Below, piece by piece: positions 37,736 to 49,458 of a DNA stretch of 64,000 bases (position 1 is the first letter of the stretch; each line of letters starts with the position of its first letter). A program made the translations under genes and the position numbers. The notes below the pieces were generated by a model, which worked only from the letters and a program-made list of their open reading frames with translations, ran no database searches and was not told where the DNA came from. Source of the DNA: Candidatus Spongiisociaceae bacterium (GTDB lineage: Bacteria > Actinomycetota > Acidimicrobiia > Spongiisociales > Spongiisociaceae); the NCBI GenBank assembly GCA_965262915.1, contig OZ253564.1, forward strand, positions 3,040,001-3,104,000, read 5' to 3'.

Positions 37736-39336
37736 GATCCGGGTGCGGGGCCGGTCGACGCTCCGGAATCACCGTCCCCTTCCGGCGGAATGGCTGCGGG
37801 CGGTTCGGCCTCGAGAGCACCCACCTTGAACCGGCTCCTCGCGTTCCACAACATCCAACCCAGCTCCAGGCCCTCGGCGGCGTCGATCTCGGCGCGTACC
37901 TGCGAAGGGTCATCGTAATAGAAGTCCTGCAGCCAAGGCCGGATGATGGCCGCTCCTTCCAGACGCTTCATACCGTGGGCGAGTGCAGACCCTACGACCT
38001 CGCCAGGATGATCGTTCGGCTTGTCGAACCCGAACCAGCCCTTCGAGTAGTGGCTCGGGTAGACCATCGGCGAAATCACATCGACCGCGGCCGAGAGGGA
38101 AGCGAACTCCTGGCCGATCCCGCCGTCGTCGGCCACCGAGGTGATGAAGCCGAAGATGTCGGCGGCCACCAGGCAGCCGAGCGGGTGCAGTCGATCGACA
38201 GCCTCCTGCAGGAAGCCGGTGATCGCCTTCTTCCTGACCTCCGCTGAACTGTCGAGGTCGAAGCGGACGGTCTCCGGAAAGCCATCCGGAAAGCGGACGT
38301 AGTCGAATTGGATCTCGTCGAAGCCCGCCGAACAGACCTCGTCGGCAAGGTCCAGCGCGTAGGCCCGGGCCTGGCGGTCGGTGGGATCGAGGAAGTACTG
38401 GTTGCCCTTCCTGTACGGCGACTCGGTAGCGGTGTCGTAAGCCGCCATGTCCTCCCTGAGTCGGGCAGCGATCGGATCCTGGAAGGTCACGATACGAGCG
38501 ATCTTGTAGAGGCCCCGCCGGTCCATTTCGGCCACCACCCTGTCAAGATCGAACAACCTGTCCGCAGCTCCGAGCTGGTTGGCCAGGGCCACTTGCGTGT
38601 CGTAGAGAACACGACCCGACTCGTCCTTGACATCGATGACCAGCGAGTTCACGACCGTCTCATCGGCAATCGCCAGCAGTTCTTCCCACTGTTCGGGGTC
38701 GGTGTGGACCGAATAGGCGACATGAAGTCCTCTGATGACCCGCGGTTTGATCTCGATGTTGGTGACCAGGAACTCGCCGTCCCAATAGAGCGCCCTGTCA
38801 TGCCATCCCGGCCGGCTGACACTGATGGTGCCCACCGACGGGCGACTGATCTCGAAACGGCCCGTCTGGTCGGTCATCACCTCCCTGTCCCCGAGGGACA
38901 CGGAGGCAGCCGACAGACCGAAGCCGTTGCCGTCCACTACCGTACCCCGTAGCACGACAGGGCGGAGCATGAGTTCCAAAGGGTTCTTCTGGAAGGCCTC
39001 CACGGCCACGGCGCCGGGGAAGAACCCTTCGGCCTCGACCGAAACGGAGAACGGTACCCCCTCCCAACGGACCTGGATGACGCCGCTATCGTCGGTGACC
39101 AAGCGGTTGCCGCTGACCTTCGCCCGGGCGCCGATGATCGGGACTCCAAGATCGTCCTGGACCTGAACCGCCACCATCGGAACCCGGCCGGGCGGCGGAA
39201 CGGGCGCCTCCCCGACTACCACCACGGACTGTGCCATGCATCCAGCCAGGAGGATGCCGAGCAGAGCAACAGCCACCGGCCGCGCCCACCGCAGCGGGCT
39301 GTGGCGAAGCGAGGCGGACCGGGGTAGTCCGATCAC
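37732..39336 (-). CDS. putative glycoside hydrolase (DUF4015-like) lipoprotein with N-terminal beta-sandwich repeats
   Basis: LLAGC lipobox, [38 protein letters not shown]; start uncertain. Confidence 0.8.
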   Translation of the reverse strand: MIGLPRSASLRHSPLRWARPVAVALLGILLAGCMAQSVVVVGEAPVPPPGRVPMVAVQVQDDLGVPIIGARAKVSGNRLVTDDSGVIQVRWEGVPFSVSVEAEGFFPGAVAVEAFQKNPLELMLRPVVLRGTVVDGNGFGLSAASVSLGDREVMTDQTGRFEISRPSVGTISVSRPGWHDRALYWDGEFLVTNIEIKPRVIRGLHVAYSVHTDPEQWEELLAIADETVVNSLVIDVKDESGRVLYDTQVALANQLGAADRLFDLDRVVAEMDRRGLYKIARIVTFQDPIAARLREDMAAYDTATESPYRKGNQYFLDPTDRQARAYALDLADEVCSAGFDEIQFDYVRFPDGFPETVRFDLDSSAEVRKKAITGFLQEAVDRLHPLGCLVAADIFGFITSVADDGGIGQEFASLSAAVDVISPMVYPSHYSKGWFGFDKPNDHPGEVVGSALAHGMKRLEGAAIIRPWLQDFYYDDPSQVRAEIDAAEGLELGWMLWNARSRFKVGALEAEPPAAIPPEGDGDSGASTGPAPGS

Positions 39337-39640
39337 TGCGCTCCCCATCGCACATGGCAGACCGATGGGCACGGCTCGCGGCTGGTGCATCTGCTCGTTC
39401 GGGCGGATCTGAGACTGATGACCATGGTGGAGCACTCGCCGAGCACATCTACTGCAATGACCTCCAAAGGGTAATAGCACCTCGGAGACTATCTTCAACC
39501 GGTCTCGGCCGAACCGCATCTCCACCCTCGATACAGCCTTTCCCGGGAAGGACTTTACGAAACCAGGAGAGATCACGTTGCGAAATCCGTTTCGGGGTGA
39601 TACGTTGCCTTGCCTCAGCAAAAGAGAGGTTCGTGCAGGC

Positions 39641-40579
39641 GTGGTGATCGTAGCCCGGGAAGCGTTGCCGCTAGCGGATACCGTGGGTATGTACCTGGAG
39701 GAGGTGTCCACCCACTCCCTGCTGACGGCCGAGGACGAAGTGGAACTGTCCCGAACGATGGAACTCGGCCTTCGGGCACAGGAAGAGTTGGACACGTCAC
39801 CCCAACTCGGTCCCACGGAATGTCGCAAACTCCTCCGGTTGGTCCGGCAGGGCGACGAGGCCAAGGCGCTCTTCATCCAATCGAACCTCCGTCTGGTCAT
39901 CTCGATCGCCAAGCGCTACGTGGGTCGCGGTCTGGATCTGATAGACCTGATCCAGGAAGGCAACCTGGGGTTGATCAGAGCGGTCGAGAAGTTCGACTGG
40001 CGCAAAGGGTTCAAGTTCTCCACCTACGCCACCTGGTGGATTCGTCAAGCCATCACAAGAGGCTTGGGGAACCAGGCCCGTACCATCCGTCTCCCGGTTC
40101 ACATGGTGGACATCGTGCGCACCGTGAACGAGACCCGCTACACGCTGACCGAGGAGTTGCGGCGCTCGCCCACCCGCGAGGAGATCGCCGAGGCCAGCGG
40201 ACTCGATATCGACCGGGTGCACGCGGCCCTGGACGCGCCCGGCAGTACGATTTCACTCGACCGGCCCGTCGGGGAGGACGGTGACGCCGCTTTCGGGGAC
40301 TTCGTGGAGGACAAGGGAGCCACCGACCCGTTCGTCCACGCAGCGGTGGAGATCCGCAAGCGGCAGATCGCCGAAGCCCTGACCGTCCTCAACCCGAACG
40401 AGCGCACGGTGATCGTCAAGCGATACGGGCTAGGAGGGTCCGACCCCCATACGCTGACCGACATCGGCGCAATTCTCGGGCTGACCCGCGAGCAGATCCG
40501 CCAGATCGAGAATCGAGCCCTCTCGAAGCTCCGGCATCCCTCGTTCTCCTTCGGACTCAGGTACCTGCTGGAGCTCTAG
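39641..40579 (+). CDS. sigma-70 factor, RpoD/SigB-like, lacking region 1.1
   Basis: NLRLVISIAKRY, DLIQEGNLGL, KFSTYATWWIRQAI, TREQIRQIE; start uncertain. Confidence 0.92.
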   Translation: MVIVAREALPLADTVGMYLEEVSTHSLLTAEDEVELSRTMELGLRAQEELDTSPQLGPTECRKLLRLVRQGDEAKALFIQSNLRLVISIAKRYVGRGLDLIDLIQEGNLGLIRAVEKFDWRKGFKFSTYATWWIRQAITRGLGNQARTIRLPVHMVDIVRTVNETRYTLTEELRRSPTREEIAEASGLDIDRVHAALDAPGSTISLDRPVGEDGDAAFGDFVEDKGATDPFVHAAVEIRKRQIAEALTVLNPNERTVIVKRYGLGGSDPHTLTDIGAILGLTREQIRQIENRALSKLRHPSFSFGLRYLLEL

Positions 40580-40825
40580 GAGGGTGGTCTAAACGGTGGC
40601 GAGCAACGGCCGGTCTTCGTGCGAACAGGCATGAGAGGATGCGCGGGTAGGTGCTCACCTGGGGGACAACCCTTTTACGTCAGTTGACAAGTTCCCAGCG
40701 ATAACCAGGGGGTTCTCGCGCCGGAATCGGACAGGCTATTCAGCAGGGCCGGTCGCGATCCTCCTACGCGCACCTTCTTGTGTCATCGGCCGACAAGCCG
40801 TGGAGGGGCTTTGCACCACCCTCCC
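40576..40825. mobile_element. MITE family B copy 7, interrupted by a family C element
   Basis: Left half to GAACAGGCAT and right half from TGTGTCATCGGCCGAC rejoin into a standard B unit. Confidence 0.8.
40634..40778. mobile_element. MITE family C copy 1
   Basis: AGAGGATGCGCGGGTAGG...CCTACGCGCACCTTCT IRs; reverse-complement homolog at 55877-56023. Confidence 0.8.
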
Positions 40826-40932
40826 GGGAGGTACCGGCGGCTGCCGGCCGGTGTCCGGTGGCCAACGGGAAGGAGAAACCTGTGGCGTATCCGCCTTAGC
40901 GGTCGCGTGGTCTCCGCCACCCGGCGACGTGC

Positions 40933-42348
40933 TCAGCCGACCGCGCCCGCCTCCAGCATGTTGAGCTCGATGAGGCGGTTCATCTCGACCGCGTACTCCA
41001 TAGGGAGTTCCTTTACGATCGGCTCGATGAACCCCGCCACCACCATCGACGTGGCCTCGTCCTCGGTGAGTCCTCTGCTCATCAGGTAGAAGAGTTGGTC
41101 CTCGCCCACCTTCGATACGGTCGCTTCGTGGCCGATCTGGGTGTCCGCCTCTTCGATCTCCATATAGGGGTAGGTGTCCGACCGGCTGGCGTCATCCAGG
41201 ATCAGCGCGTCGCACCGGACGAACGACTTGGCCTTCTCGGCACCCGGCTCGACCCGTATCAGCCCGCGGTAACCAGCCCGGCCGCCACCCTTGGTGATGG
41301 ATTTGGACAGGATCGTCGAGGTGGTGTTGGGGGCGGCATGCACCATCTTGGCCCCCGTGTCCTGATGCTGGCCCGGTCCGGCGAAAGCGATCGACAGCAC
41401 CTCACCGTGCGCTCCGGGCTCCATCAGCCACACTGCCGGGTACTTCATCGTGAGCTTCGATCCCAGATTGCCGTCGACCCATTCCATGGTGGCGTCGGCG
41501 TAGACGGCGGCGCGCTTGGTCACCAGGTTGTACACGTTGTTCGACCAGTTCTGGATGGTCGTGTAACGACACCGGCCGCCCCGCTTTACGACTATCTCGA
41601 CCACGGCGGAGTGCAGCGAATCGGTCGAGTAGACGGGCGCGCTGCAACCCTCGACGTAGTGGCAGAACGCTCCCTCGTCGATGATGATCAATGTCCGCTC
41701 GAACTGGCCCATGTTCTCCGAGTTGATCCGGAAGTAGGCCTGGAGGGGCTGGTCGACGTGCACGCCCGGTGGAACGTAGATGAACGAACCGCCCGACCAT
41801 ACGGACGAGTTGAGCGCCGCGAACTTGTTGTCGTTGGGCGGGATGATCTTACCGAAGTGCTCCCGGACGAGGTCGGGGTGCTCCCTAACGGCCGAGTCCA
41901 TGTCCATGAACAGAACGCCGAGACTCTCGAGGTCCTCGCGATTCCGGTGGTAGACGACCTCCGACTCGTACTGGGCGGTCACCCCGGCCAGGAACTTGCG
42001 CTCTGCCTGGGGGATCCCCAGCTTCTCGTAGGTGTCCTTGATGGACTCGGGAACCATGTCCCAGTCCTTGGCCTGCTCCTCGGCCGGCTTGACGTAGTAG
42101 TAGATGTTGTCGAAGTCGATCTCATCGAGCAGCCCGCCGCCGCCCCAGGTGGGCATAGGTCGGCGCAGGAAGCGACGGTACGCCTTGAGGCGGAACTTGA
42201 GCATCCACTCCGGCTCGCCCTTGATGAACGACATCTCGCGGATGATTTCCTCTGATAGGCCCTTCTCGGGTTTGAAGACGTAGTCGTCCTCCGGATCACT
42301 CCAACCGAGCTTGTAGGCGCCGAGATCTATGTCAACTGTGGTGGTCAT
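40933..42348 (-). CDS. sufB: Fe-S assembly protein SufB
   Basis: [32 protein letters not shown]. Confidence 0.96.
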   Translation of the reverse strand: MTTTVDIDLGAYKLGWSDPEDDYVFKPEKGLSEEIIREMSFIKGEPEWMLKFRLKAYRRFLRRPMPTWGGGGLLDEIDFDNIYYYVKPAEEQAKDWDMVPESIKDTYEKLGIPQAERKFLAGVTAQYESEVVYHRNREDLESLGVLFMDMDSAVREHPDLVREHFGKIIPPNDNKFAALNSSVWSGGSFIYVPPGVHVDQPLQAYFRINSENMGQFERTLIIIDEGAFCHYVEGCSAPVYSTDSLHSAVVEIVVKRGGRCRYTTIQNWSNNVYNLVTKRAAVYADATMEWVDGNLGSKLTMKYPAVWLMEPGAHGEVLSIAFAGPGQHQDTGAKMVHAAPNTTSTILSKSITKGGGRAGYRGLIRVEPGAEKAKSFVRCDALILDDASRSDTYPYMEIEEADTQIGHEATVSKVGEDQLFYLMSRGLTEDEATSMVVAGFIEPIVKELPMEYAVEMNRLIELNMLEAGAVG

Positions 42349-42605
42349 GAGATGCTTCTACCGTAACCTCTGCTGTGTCTAGTCGGCCCCGATCGTCACG
42401 GGGCTGCACGACTTGATCATACCAACTCTCCTGGTCAATCAGGGCGGCAATCGGTGCTGACAGGGCGCTCGGGCAGGCGGACACGATCACCCCGTGTACT
42501 CACTCCCTATCCGGATGCTGTTCGGGAAACCCCCGATCACCATGGCCGCCCCATGAAATGTCGCAAGCTGTGTTCCCCGGGTGAGTGCCTATCCGTGCCA
42601 TTCTC

Positions 42606-44069
42606 CTAACGCCACGGCATGTCCGTAGGAGTGACCGGGTCGGGCATCATCGTGTCTCCCATGAGGTACCCGTCCACAGCTGTGGCGCAACTCCGGCCCT
42701 CGGCGATCGCCCAGACGATCAGAGACTGTCCTCGTCCCATGTCGCCGGCGACGAAGACACCCTCGATGTTGGTTGACCAGTTGCTGTTCCTGGCGACGGT
42801 ACCCCGGTCGGTCAGGCGGACTCCCAGCTGTTCCAGCATCGGCGAGCGTTCCGGTCCGGTAAAACCCAGGGCCAGCAGCACCAGGTCGGCAGGGTACTCC
42901 TCATCAGTGCCCTCGATCTTGTCGAAGGACATCCGTCCATCACGGAACGACAGGTCGACGCCGCGGGTCCGCAGGGCCGTCACTCGGCCCCGTCCGTTCC
43001 CGACGAACTCCTCGGTGTTGATGGCGAAGCGCCGCACTCCTCCCTCCTCATGGGCCGAGGAGACCCGATACATGAGGGGCCAGGTCGGCCAGGGTGTGCT
43101 GTCGGCCCGCGCGTCCGGCGGCCGGGGCATGATCTCGAACTGGTGCACGGAAGCGGCACCCTGCCGGTGGACGGTCCCCAGGCAGTCGGCGCCCGTGTCT
43201 CCCCCACCGATGATGATCACATGCTTGCCGGACGCGGATATCGGAGGCTCATCCGTGTCCCCGAACCGGACACGGTTGGCCATGGGGAGGAACTCCATGG
43301 CCTGGTGGATCCCGGCGAGGCGCCTTCCCGGAATGGGCAGATCCCGCCACCGGGTGGCGCCCGCGGCCAGGATCAACGCGTCGAACCCGGACATCAGGCG
43401 GTCGGCGGTCAGGTCGACGCCCACTTCGGCATCGACCACGAACTCGGTGCCTTCCGCTTCCATCTGGTCGAGACGCCGGTCGAGGACACGCTTCTCCATC
43501 TTGAACTCGGGTATGCCGTATCGGAGCAGGCCCCCGATGCGGTCGGCCCGTTCGTAGACCGTCACGGCATGTCCCGCCCGGGTGAGTTGCTGGGCTGCCG
43601 CGAGGCCGGCCGGACCGGACCCCACCACCGCCACCCGCTTGCCCGTGAGCGTGGTCGGTACGACCGGAGCCACCCACCCTTCCGCCCAGGCCCGCTCGAT
43701 GATCTCGAGTTCCACCTGCTTTATGGTCACCGGGTCCGAGTTGATACCCAGGACGCAGGCAGCCTCGCACGGCGCCGGACACAGCCTTCCGGTGAACTCG
43801 GGGAAGTTGTTGGTGGCGTGGAGGCGGTCGATCGCCTCCTTCCAGTTGTCGCGGTATACGAGATCGTTCCAGTCCGGGATGAGGTTGCCGAGGGGGCATC
43901 CGCCGTTGCAGAAGGGGATTCCGCAATCCATGCACCGCGATGCCTGGTCGCGGAGATCCTGGAGCGGGAACTCCGCGTAGACCTCCTGCCAGTCGAGGAG
44001 CCGTACATCGACCGATCGCCGGGAAGGCGTCCGGCGCCCGTGCTTGAGGAAACCCTTGATGTCACCCAT
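42606..44069 (-). CDS. gltD: glutamate synthase small subunit
   Basis: [35 protein letters not shown]. Confidence 0.96.
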   Translation of the reverse strand: MGDIKGFLKHGRRTPSRRSVDVRLLDWQEVYAEFPLQDLRDQASRCMDCGIPFCNGGCPLGNLIPDWNDLVYRDNWKEAIDRLHATNNFPEFTGRLCPAPCEAACVLGINSDPVTIKQVELEIIERAWAEGWVAPVVPTTLTGKRVAVVGSGPAGLAAAQQLTRAGHAVTVYERADRIGGLLRYGIPEFKMEKRVLDRRLDQMEAEGTEFVVDAEVGVDLTADRLMSGFDALILAAGATRWRDLPIPGRRLAGIHQAMEFLPMANRVRFGDTDEPPISASGKHVIIIGGGDTGADCLGTVHRQGAASVHQFEIMPRPPDARADSTPWPTWPLMYRVSSAHEEGGVRRFAINTEEFVGNGRGRVTALRTRGVDLSFRDGRMSFDKIEGTDEEYPADLVLLALGFTGPERSPMLEQLGVRLTDRGTVARNSNWSTNIEGVFVAGDMGRGQSLIVWAIAEGRSCATAVDGYLMGDTMMPDPVTPTDMPWR

Positions 44070-47000
44070 GGTCCGCACCCATGATTGCCTCGAGTACCGG
44101 TTCTCCGGTGATCTCCGCGTGGCGCACGGCCTCGATGACTCTCCTGTAGTCGTCCGGCATCACCTTCACGAAACGCCACACCTCTTCGTCCCATCCAGCC
44201 AGTATCCGTTCGGCCGGCGCGGAGCCCGTCTCCAAGTAGTGGGCCGTCACCCGGTCGTGCAAGAACCTCAGGTCCTCGCCACTGAGGGGATCGAGCGACA
44301 CCATCTCCAGGTTCACCCGGCCGGGGAAGGATCCGTCCGAGTCGTACACGTACGCGATGCCGCCTGACATGCCCGCGGCGAAGTTGCGACCGGTAAGGCC
44401 GAGGATCACCGCTCGCCCTCCGGTCATGTACTCGCAACCGTGATCGCCGATACCCTCCACCACGGCCACTGCGCCCGAGTTGCGGACGCAGAATCGCTCC
44501 CCCACCACGCCCCGCAGGAACATCTCACCGGAGGTCGCCCCGTAGAGGATCACGTTGCCGGCGATGATGTTGTCCTCTGCCACGAGGGGAGCTTCGGGGG
44601 GTGGCTTCACCACGATACGCCCGCCGGACAGACCCTTACCCACGTAGTCGTTGGCGCTCCCGACGAGATTCAGGGTGATGCCCTTGGGCAGGAAGGCGCC
44701 GAAGCTCATACCGGCCCAACCCGTGAAGTTGACGGTGATGGAGTCGTCCGGGAGTCCGGCCGCCCCGAAGCGGCGGGTCACGTGATAGCCGAGGAGGGTT
44801 CCCACCGCTCGGTTGACGTTGCGTACGGGCAGGTCCAGGGTCACCGGAGGGCCACCCGACAGCGTTCCCTCGGCCAGTTGGATGAGGGTCTGGTCGAGGG
44901 CTTGGTCCAGGCCGTGATCCTGCTCGGTGGTCTGGTGTCTGGCCTGGCCTGGGGCGAGTTCCGGCACGTAGAAGATCGGAGACAGGTCGAGGCCCTCGCT
45001 CTTCCAGTGGGCCGCGGCATCCCTCACGTCCAGCAACTCGGCATGGCCGATGGCCTCGTCGAGCCTCCGGAAGCCCAGTTCGGCGAGCAGTTCCCGGACC
45101 TGTTCGGCTATGAAGCGCATGAAGTTGACGACGAACCGGGCTTTTCCGCTGAACCGTTCGCGCAGTTCCGGGTTCTGGGTGGCGACGCCGACCGGGCAGG
45201 TGTCGAGGTGGCACACCCGCATCATGATGCAGCCCGAGACCACCAGCGGTGCGGTGGCGAACCCGTACTCGTCGGCACCCAGCAGCGCCGCGATCACCAC
45301 ATCCCGGCCGGTCTTCAGTTGCCCGTCGGTCTGTACCACGATCCGGTCCCGCAGGCCGTTGAGTAACAACGTCTGCTGCGTCTCGGCCAGACCGATCTCC
45401 CAGGGACCGCCGGCGTGCTTGATGGACGTGAGGGGGGAGGCGCCCGTGCCACCGTCGTAGCCCGAGATCAGGACTACGTCGGCCTTGGCCTTGGCGACCC
45501 CGGCGGCAACCGTTCCCACGCCCATCTGGGCGACCAGCTTCACGTGGATCCTGGCCCGCGGGTTGGAGTTCTTCAGATCGTGGATGAGTTGCTTGATATC
45601 CTCGATGGAGTAGATGTCGTGATGGGGCGGCGGCGAGATCAGACCTACACCGGGAGTCGACATGCGGGTCTCGGCGATCCACGGATACACCTTGTAGCCG
45701 GGTAGCTGGCCCCCCTCGCCCGGCTTCGCCCCCTGAGCCATCTTGATCTGGAGGTCGTCGGCGTTCACCAGGTACTCGGACGTCACTCCGAAGCGGCCCG
45801 ATGCCACCTGCTTGACCGCACTGCGCCGCAGGTCGCCATTGGGGTCGGCAATGTTGCGGGCCGGGTCTTCACCCCCTTCCCCCGTGTTCGACTTGCCGCC
45901 GATCCTGTTCATGGCGATGGCCAGAGTCTCGTGGGCCTCCTTGGAGATGGAACCGTAGGACATGGCCCCGGTGTTGAACCGCTTCATGATCTCCCGAACT
46001 GGTTCGACCTCTTGGATGGGGACCGGCGTTCGGTCCTCGGTCCTGAAACGGAACAGGCCTCTCAGGGTGCCCAGGCGCTCCGACTGGTCGTCGACGAGGC
46101 GGGTGTACTCGTTGAAGATGTCGTAGCGGCCCTCCCGAGTCGAATGCTGGAGCTTGTACACCGTATCGGGGTTGAACAGGTGGTACTCGCCCTCCCGCCG
46201 CCACTGGTACTCCCCGCCGCCGTCGAGATCCCGGTGGGCCGTCTCCCCCGGGTTGTCGGCAAAGGCCGCTCGGTGACGGTGGACCGCCTCCGCAGCGATG
46301 ATCTCGAGATCAACACCCCCGATCCGGCTCACGGTGCCGGTGAAGTAGGAATCGATCACCTCGGCGCCGACTCCCACCGCCTCGAATATCTGGGCCCCGA
46401 TGTATGAGGCGATTGTCGAGATGCCCATCTTCGACATCACCTTCAGAATGCCCTTGTCGGCCGCCTTCATGTAGTTGGCATGGGCTTTCCCCCTGTCCAT
46501 GCCAACTAGGCCGTGGCTCTCTCCGTCGATCATGTGGTCGATGGCAGCGAAGGCCATATAGGGGTTGATGGCGGTGGCGCCGTATCCCAGCAGCAGGCAC
46601 AGGTGGTGGACCTCCCTGGCGTCCCCGGTCTCCACTATCAGGCCCACCCGGGTGCGGTTCCGGGTCCGGACAAGATGGTGGTGTACGGCGGCGGTCGCGA
46701 GGAGGGACGGAATCGGAACCCGGTCCCGGCTCACTTCACGATCGGACAGTGCGATCGCCCAGACCCCCGCCTCGATCAGCTCGTCGACCTCGGCGCAGAC
46801 CTGCGCGAGAGCGTCGCGCAGGGCGGCTCCGCCGCCGTCGGGGCGGAAGTGGCAGCGCACCACGGCGGCTGACCCGCGGATCTTCGGGACTTCGTCCATG
46901 CTCAGCAGTGATGCGAGTTGCCCGTTGTCGATTATGGGGCTGTCGAGTTCGATCATGTTGCACGAGTCGGGCCCCGGGTCCAACAAGTTCGACTCCGGAC

Positions 47001-48639
47001 CGATGGTCGTTCGCATCGAGGTCACCAACTCCTCCCGGATCGCGTCGAGCGGAGGATTGGTCACCTGGGCGAAGAGTTGCTTGAAGTACTCGAACAGCAT
47101 GCGGCTACGGTTGGAGAGGACCGCCGGCGGCGTGTCGGTCCCCATCGAGCCGAGCGCCTCCTCGCCGCCGAGCACCATCGGCGCGATCAGCATCTTCAGT
47201 TCTTCGTGGGTGTAACCGAAGGTCTGGAGGCGCTGGAGTACGGGCAGCCGGTCGTCACCTTCCGGTGCCACCGCCGGAAGGTTCCCGAGGTGGACCAGCC
47301 CGTCGCCGAGCCACGCCGTGTAGGGCCGCGCCGTCGCGAGGTCCCGTTTGATCTCCACGTTCCGAACGATGCGGCCCGCAATGGTGTCCACCAGGAACAT
47401 CCTTCCGGGGCGGAGCCGGCCCTTCTCGACGATACGCGACTGGGGCACGTCGGTCACCCCCACCTCGGAAGCCATGACCACCAGGTCGTCATCGCTGACC
47501 CAGTAGCGGGAGGGGCGTAGCCCGTTACGATCCAGCACCGCGCCGATCTGCCTCCCGTCGGTGAAGGCGATCGATGCCGGGCCGTCCCACGGCTCCATCA
47601 ACGCGGAGTGGTAACGGTAGAAGTCCCGCACCGCGGGATCCAGGCTCTCGTGTTTCTCCCACGGCTCGGGAATCATCATCAGGACCGCTTCGGGGAGCGA
47701 GTAACCACCCATGTAGAGGAGCTCCAGCACCTCGTCGAAGCCCGCCGTATCCGAGACCCCCGGCGTGCAGACCGGGAAGATGCGATCGAGGTCACCCGGG
47801 ATGAGGTCGGTTGCCAGGAGGCTCTCCCGGGCACGCATGAAATTGCGGTTGCCCTGGATGGTGTTTATCTCGCCGTTGTGGGCGATCATCCGGTAGGGAT
47901 GCGCCAGAGGCCACGTCGGGAAGGTGTTGGTGGAGAAACGTGCATGCACCAGGGCGATCGCGCTCTCGACCCGGTCGTCGTGGAGGTCGGGGTAGAAGTC
48001 GGCCAGCTGCGTCGCGGTGACCATCCCCTTGTAGATGAGCGTGCGGCACGACAGGCTCGCGAAATAGACTCCCTCGTGCATGGCCGAGGCGCCGCCGATG
48101 GCCTCCGCCGGACGATCGTCGCCCGATACGAGGCGTACCTCGTGCTCGATCCGTTTCCGCACCACGTAGGCCCGTCGCTCCAACGCCATCGCCGACGCGC
48201 CCCGACCGTCTATGAACACCTGGCCGATGGCCGGCATGGTCCTGCGCGCATCTCGCCCTATCACCGACGGATCCGTCTGTACCTCGCGCCAGCCCAAGAC
48301 ATCGAGGCCCTCCTCGGCCGCGATTCTCTCCACGTGCCGGATCCCGAGTGCGGTGAGGTCCTCGCGGTTGGGGAAGAAGGCGATTCCGGTCGCGTAGCGG
48401 CCGATGGGAGGGAGCGCGAACGGTACCGCCGCACGCAGGAAACGATCGGGCACCTGCAGGAGAATGCCGGCGCCATCCCCCGTCGCCGGGTCGGCGCCCG
48501 TGGCCCCCCGGTGCGCCATGTTGCATATGGCTCCTATGCCGAGCGAGACCAGATGGTGGCTTCGTCTTCCTTTCAGGTCCGCGACGAAGTTGACACCACA
48601 GGCGTCGTGCTCGAACTGCTCCCGGTAGAGACCGGCCAT
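44062..48639 (-). CDS. gltB: glutamate synthase large subunit
   Basis: [40 protein letters not shown]. Confidence 0.97.
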   Translation of the reverse strand: MAGLYREQFEHDACGVNFVADLKGRRSHHLVSLGIGAICNMAHRGATGADPATGDGAGILLQVPDRFLRAAVPFALPPIGRYATGIAFFPNREDLTALGIRHVERIAAEEGLDVLGWREVQTDPSVIGRDARRTMPAIGQVFIDGRGASAMALERRAYVVRKRIEHEVRLVSGDDRPAEAIGGASAMHEGVYFASLSCRTLIYKGMVTATQLADFYPDLHDDRVESAIALVHARFSTNTFPTWPLAHPYRMIAHNGEINTIQGNRNFMRARESLLATDLIPGDLDRIFPVCTPGVSDTAGFDEVLELLYMGGYSLPEAVLMMIPEPWEKHESLDPAVRDFYRYHSALMEPWDGPASIAFTDGRQIGAVLDRNGLRPSRYWVSDDDLVVMASEVGVTDVPQSRIVEKGRLRPGRMFLVDTIAGRIVRNVEIKRDLATARPYTAWLGDGLVHLGNLPAVAPEGDDRLPVLQRLQTFGYTHEELKMLIAPMVLGGEEALGSMGTDTPPAVLSNRSRMLFEYFKQLFAQVTNPPLDAIREELVTSMRTTIGPESNLLDPGPDSCNMIELDSPIIDNGQLASLLSMDEVPKIRGSAAVVRCHFRPDGGGAALRDALAQVCAEVDELIEAGVWAIALSDREVSRDRVPIPSLLATAAVHHHLVRTRNRTRVGLIVETGDAREVHHLCLLLGYGATAINPYMAFAAIDHMIDGESHGLVGMDRGKAHANYMKAADKGILKVMSKMGISTIASYIGAQIFEAVGVGAEVIDSYFTGTVSRIGGVDLEIIAAEAVHRHRAAFADNPGETAHRDLDGGGEYQWRREGEYHLFNPDTVYKLQHSTREGRYDIFNEYTRLVDDQSERLGTLRGLFRFRTEDRTPVPIQEVEPVREIMKRFNTGAMSYGSISKEAHETLAIAMNRIGGKSNTGEGGEDPARNIADPNGDLRRSAVKQVASGRFGVTSEYLVNADDLQIKMAQGAKPGEGGQLPGYKVYPWIAETRMSTPGVGLISPPPHHDIYSIEDIKQLIHDLKNSNPRARIHVKLVAQMGVGTVAAGVAKAKADVVLISGYDGGTGASPLTSIKHAGGPWEIGLAETQQTLLLNGLRDRIVVQTDGQLKTGRDVVIAALLGADEYGFATAPLVVSGCIMMRVCHLDTCPVGVATQNPELRERFSGKARFVVNFMRFIAEQVRELLAELGFRRLDEAIGHAELLDVRDAAAHWKSEGLDLSPIFYVPELAPGQARHQTTEQDHGLDQALDQTLIQLAEGTLSGGPPVTLDLPVRNVNRAVGTLLGYHVTRRFGAAGLPDDSITVNFTGWAGMSFGAFLPKGITLNLVGSANDYVGKGLSGGRIVVKPPPEAPLVAEDNIIAGNVILYGATSGEMFLRGVVGERFCVRNSGAVAVVEGIGDHGCEYMTGGRAVILGLTGRNFAAGMSGGIAYVYDSDGSFPGRVNLEMVSLDPLSGEDLRFLHDRVTAHYLETGSAPAERILAGWDEEVWRFVKVMPDDYRRVIEAVRHAEITGEPVLEAIMGADHG

Positions 48640-48787
48640 CAACTCCCCTTCCCCCGGTCTTGCTGACAACCCTCACCATGTGGCGTGGAGGCACCCGTTC
48701 GATCGGGCCGGATCGACGAGGTTCGTCCGGCGTCAGGTAAAAACACCGACTATACACGCCTGCCGGCGGAGCCGCTCCGAGCGGTTG

Positions 48788-48892
48788 GAGGAGAATGCTG
48801 AAGAACGGGTAAATGGTTGGCCCGTCGTCCGCTGACGTAGCATTTTGTCATCGACCGTCGAGCCAACGGGGGGTTTCTCAGCACTCTCCTAG
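48788..48892. mobile_element. MITE family B copy 8
   Basis: AGGAGAATGCTGAAGAACGGGTAAA...CAGCACTCTCCTAG; very close to copy 6. Confidence 0.85.
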
Positions 48893-48913
48893 GACCTGAT
48901 AACTTGGGAGGGC

Positions 48914-49372
48914 ATGCCCGTTATCGTCATAGGCGCCGACACGCCCGTCGGAGACGCCATCGTGGATCTCGTCCTACCGTCGGCGGCCGAGGTGCGGGCG
49001 TTCGTCTCGGATGGGCAGCGGGCCCGCGATCTCAGGGATTCGAGTGTCAAGGTGGCACTCGGCGATGTCTCTGATCCATCTCATGTCGAAGCGGCTGCCC
49101 TCAACTGTTTCTGCGCGGTCCTGGTAGTCGAGGCGGCCACAGACGGTCGTGAGAGAGCGTTCGCCGCCGATCCGCAGGCTGTCATCGAGGGATGGGCCGG
49201 AGCGATCCGTAACGCAGGTGTTCAGCGCGCCATCTGGGTGGCCGGAGAGGGTAGCCGCTTACCGCTCCCCCGGCCGGTACCCGAGGTGGCGACCGTCACC
49301 GTCGGCCGATACATCGAGGGGGCAGCCCGGGAGGTGGCAGAGCTCGAAGGAGTACACCAACTCCCGGATTGA
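48914..49372 (+). CDS. short NAD(P)-binding Rossmann-like (NmrA-type) protein
   Basis: VIVIGADTPVG N-terminus, GDVSD; GGAGGG RBS. Confidence 0.7.
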   Translation: MPVIVIGADTPVGDAIVDLVLPSAAEVRAFVSDGQRARDLRDSSVKVALGDVSDPSHVEAAALNCFCAVLVVEAATDGRERAFAADPQAVIEGWAGAIRNAGVQRAIWVAGEGSRLPLPRPVPEVATVTVGRYIEGAAREVAELEGVHQLPD

Positions 49373-49458
49373 CTCCGGCGGCCGGTGGCCCATGCCGCCT
49401 TCGGCGTCCCCGAGCTACCGGGCTCGGAAGCCTCGCGCGTCGCCGATCCGACCAGGGG

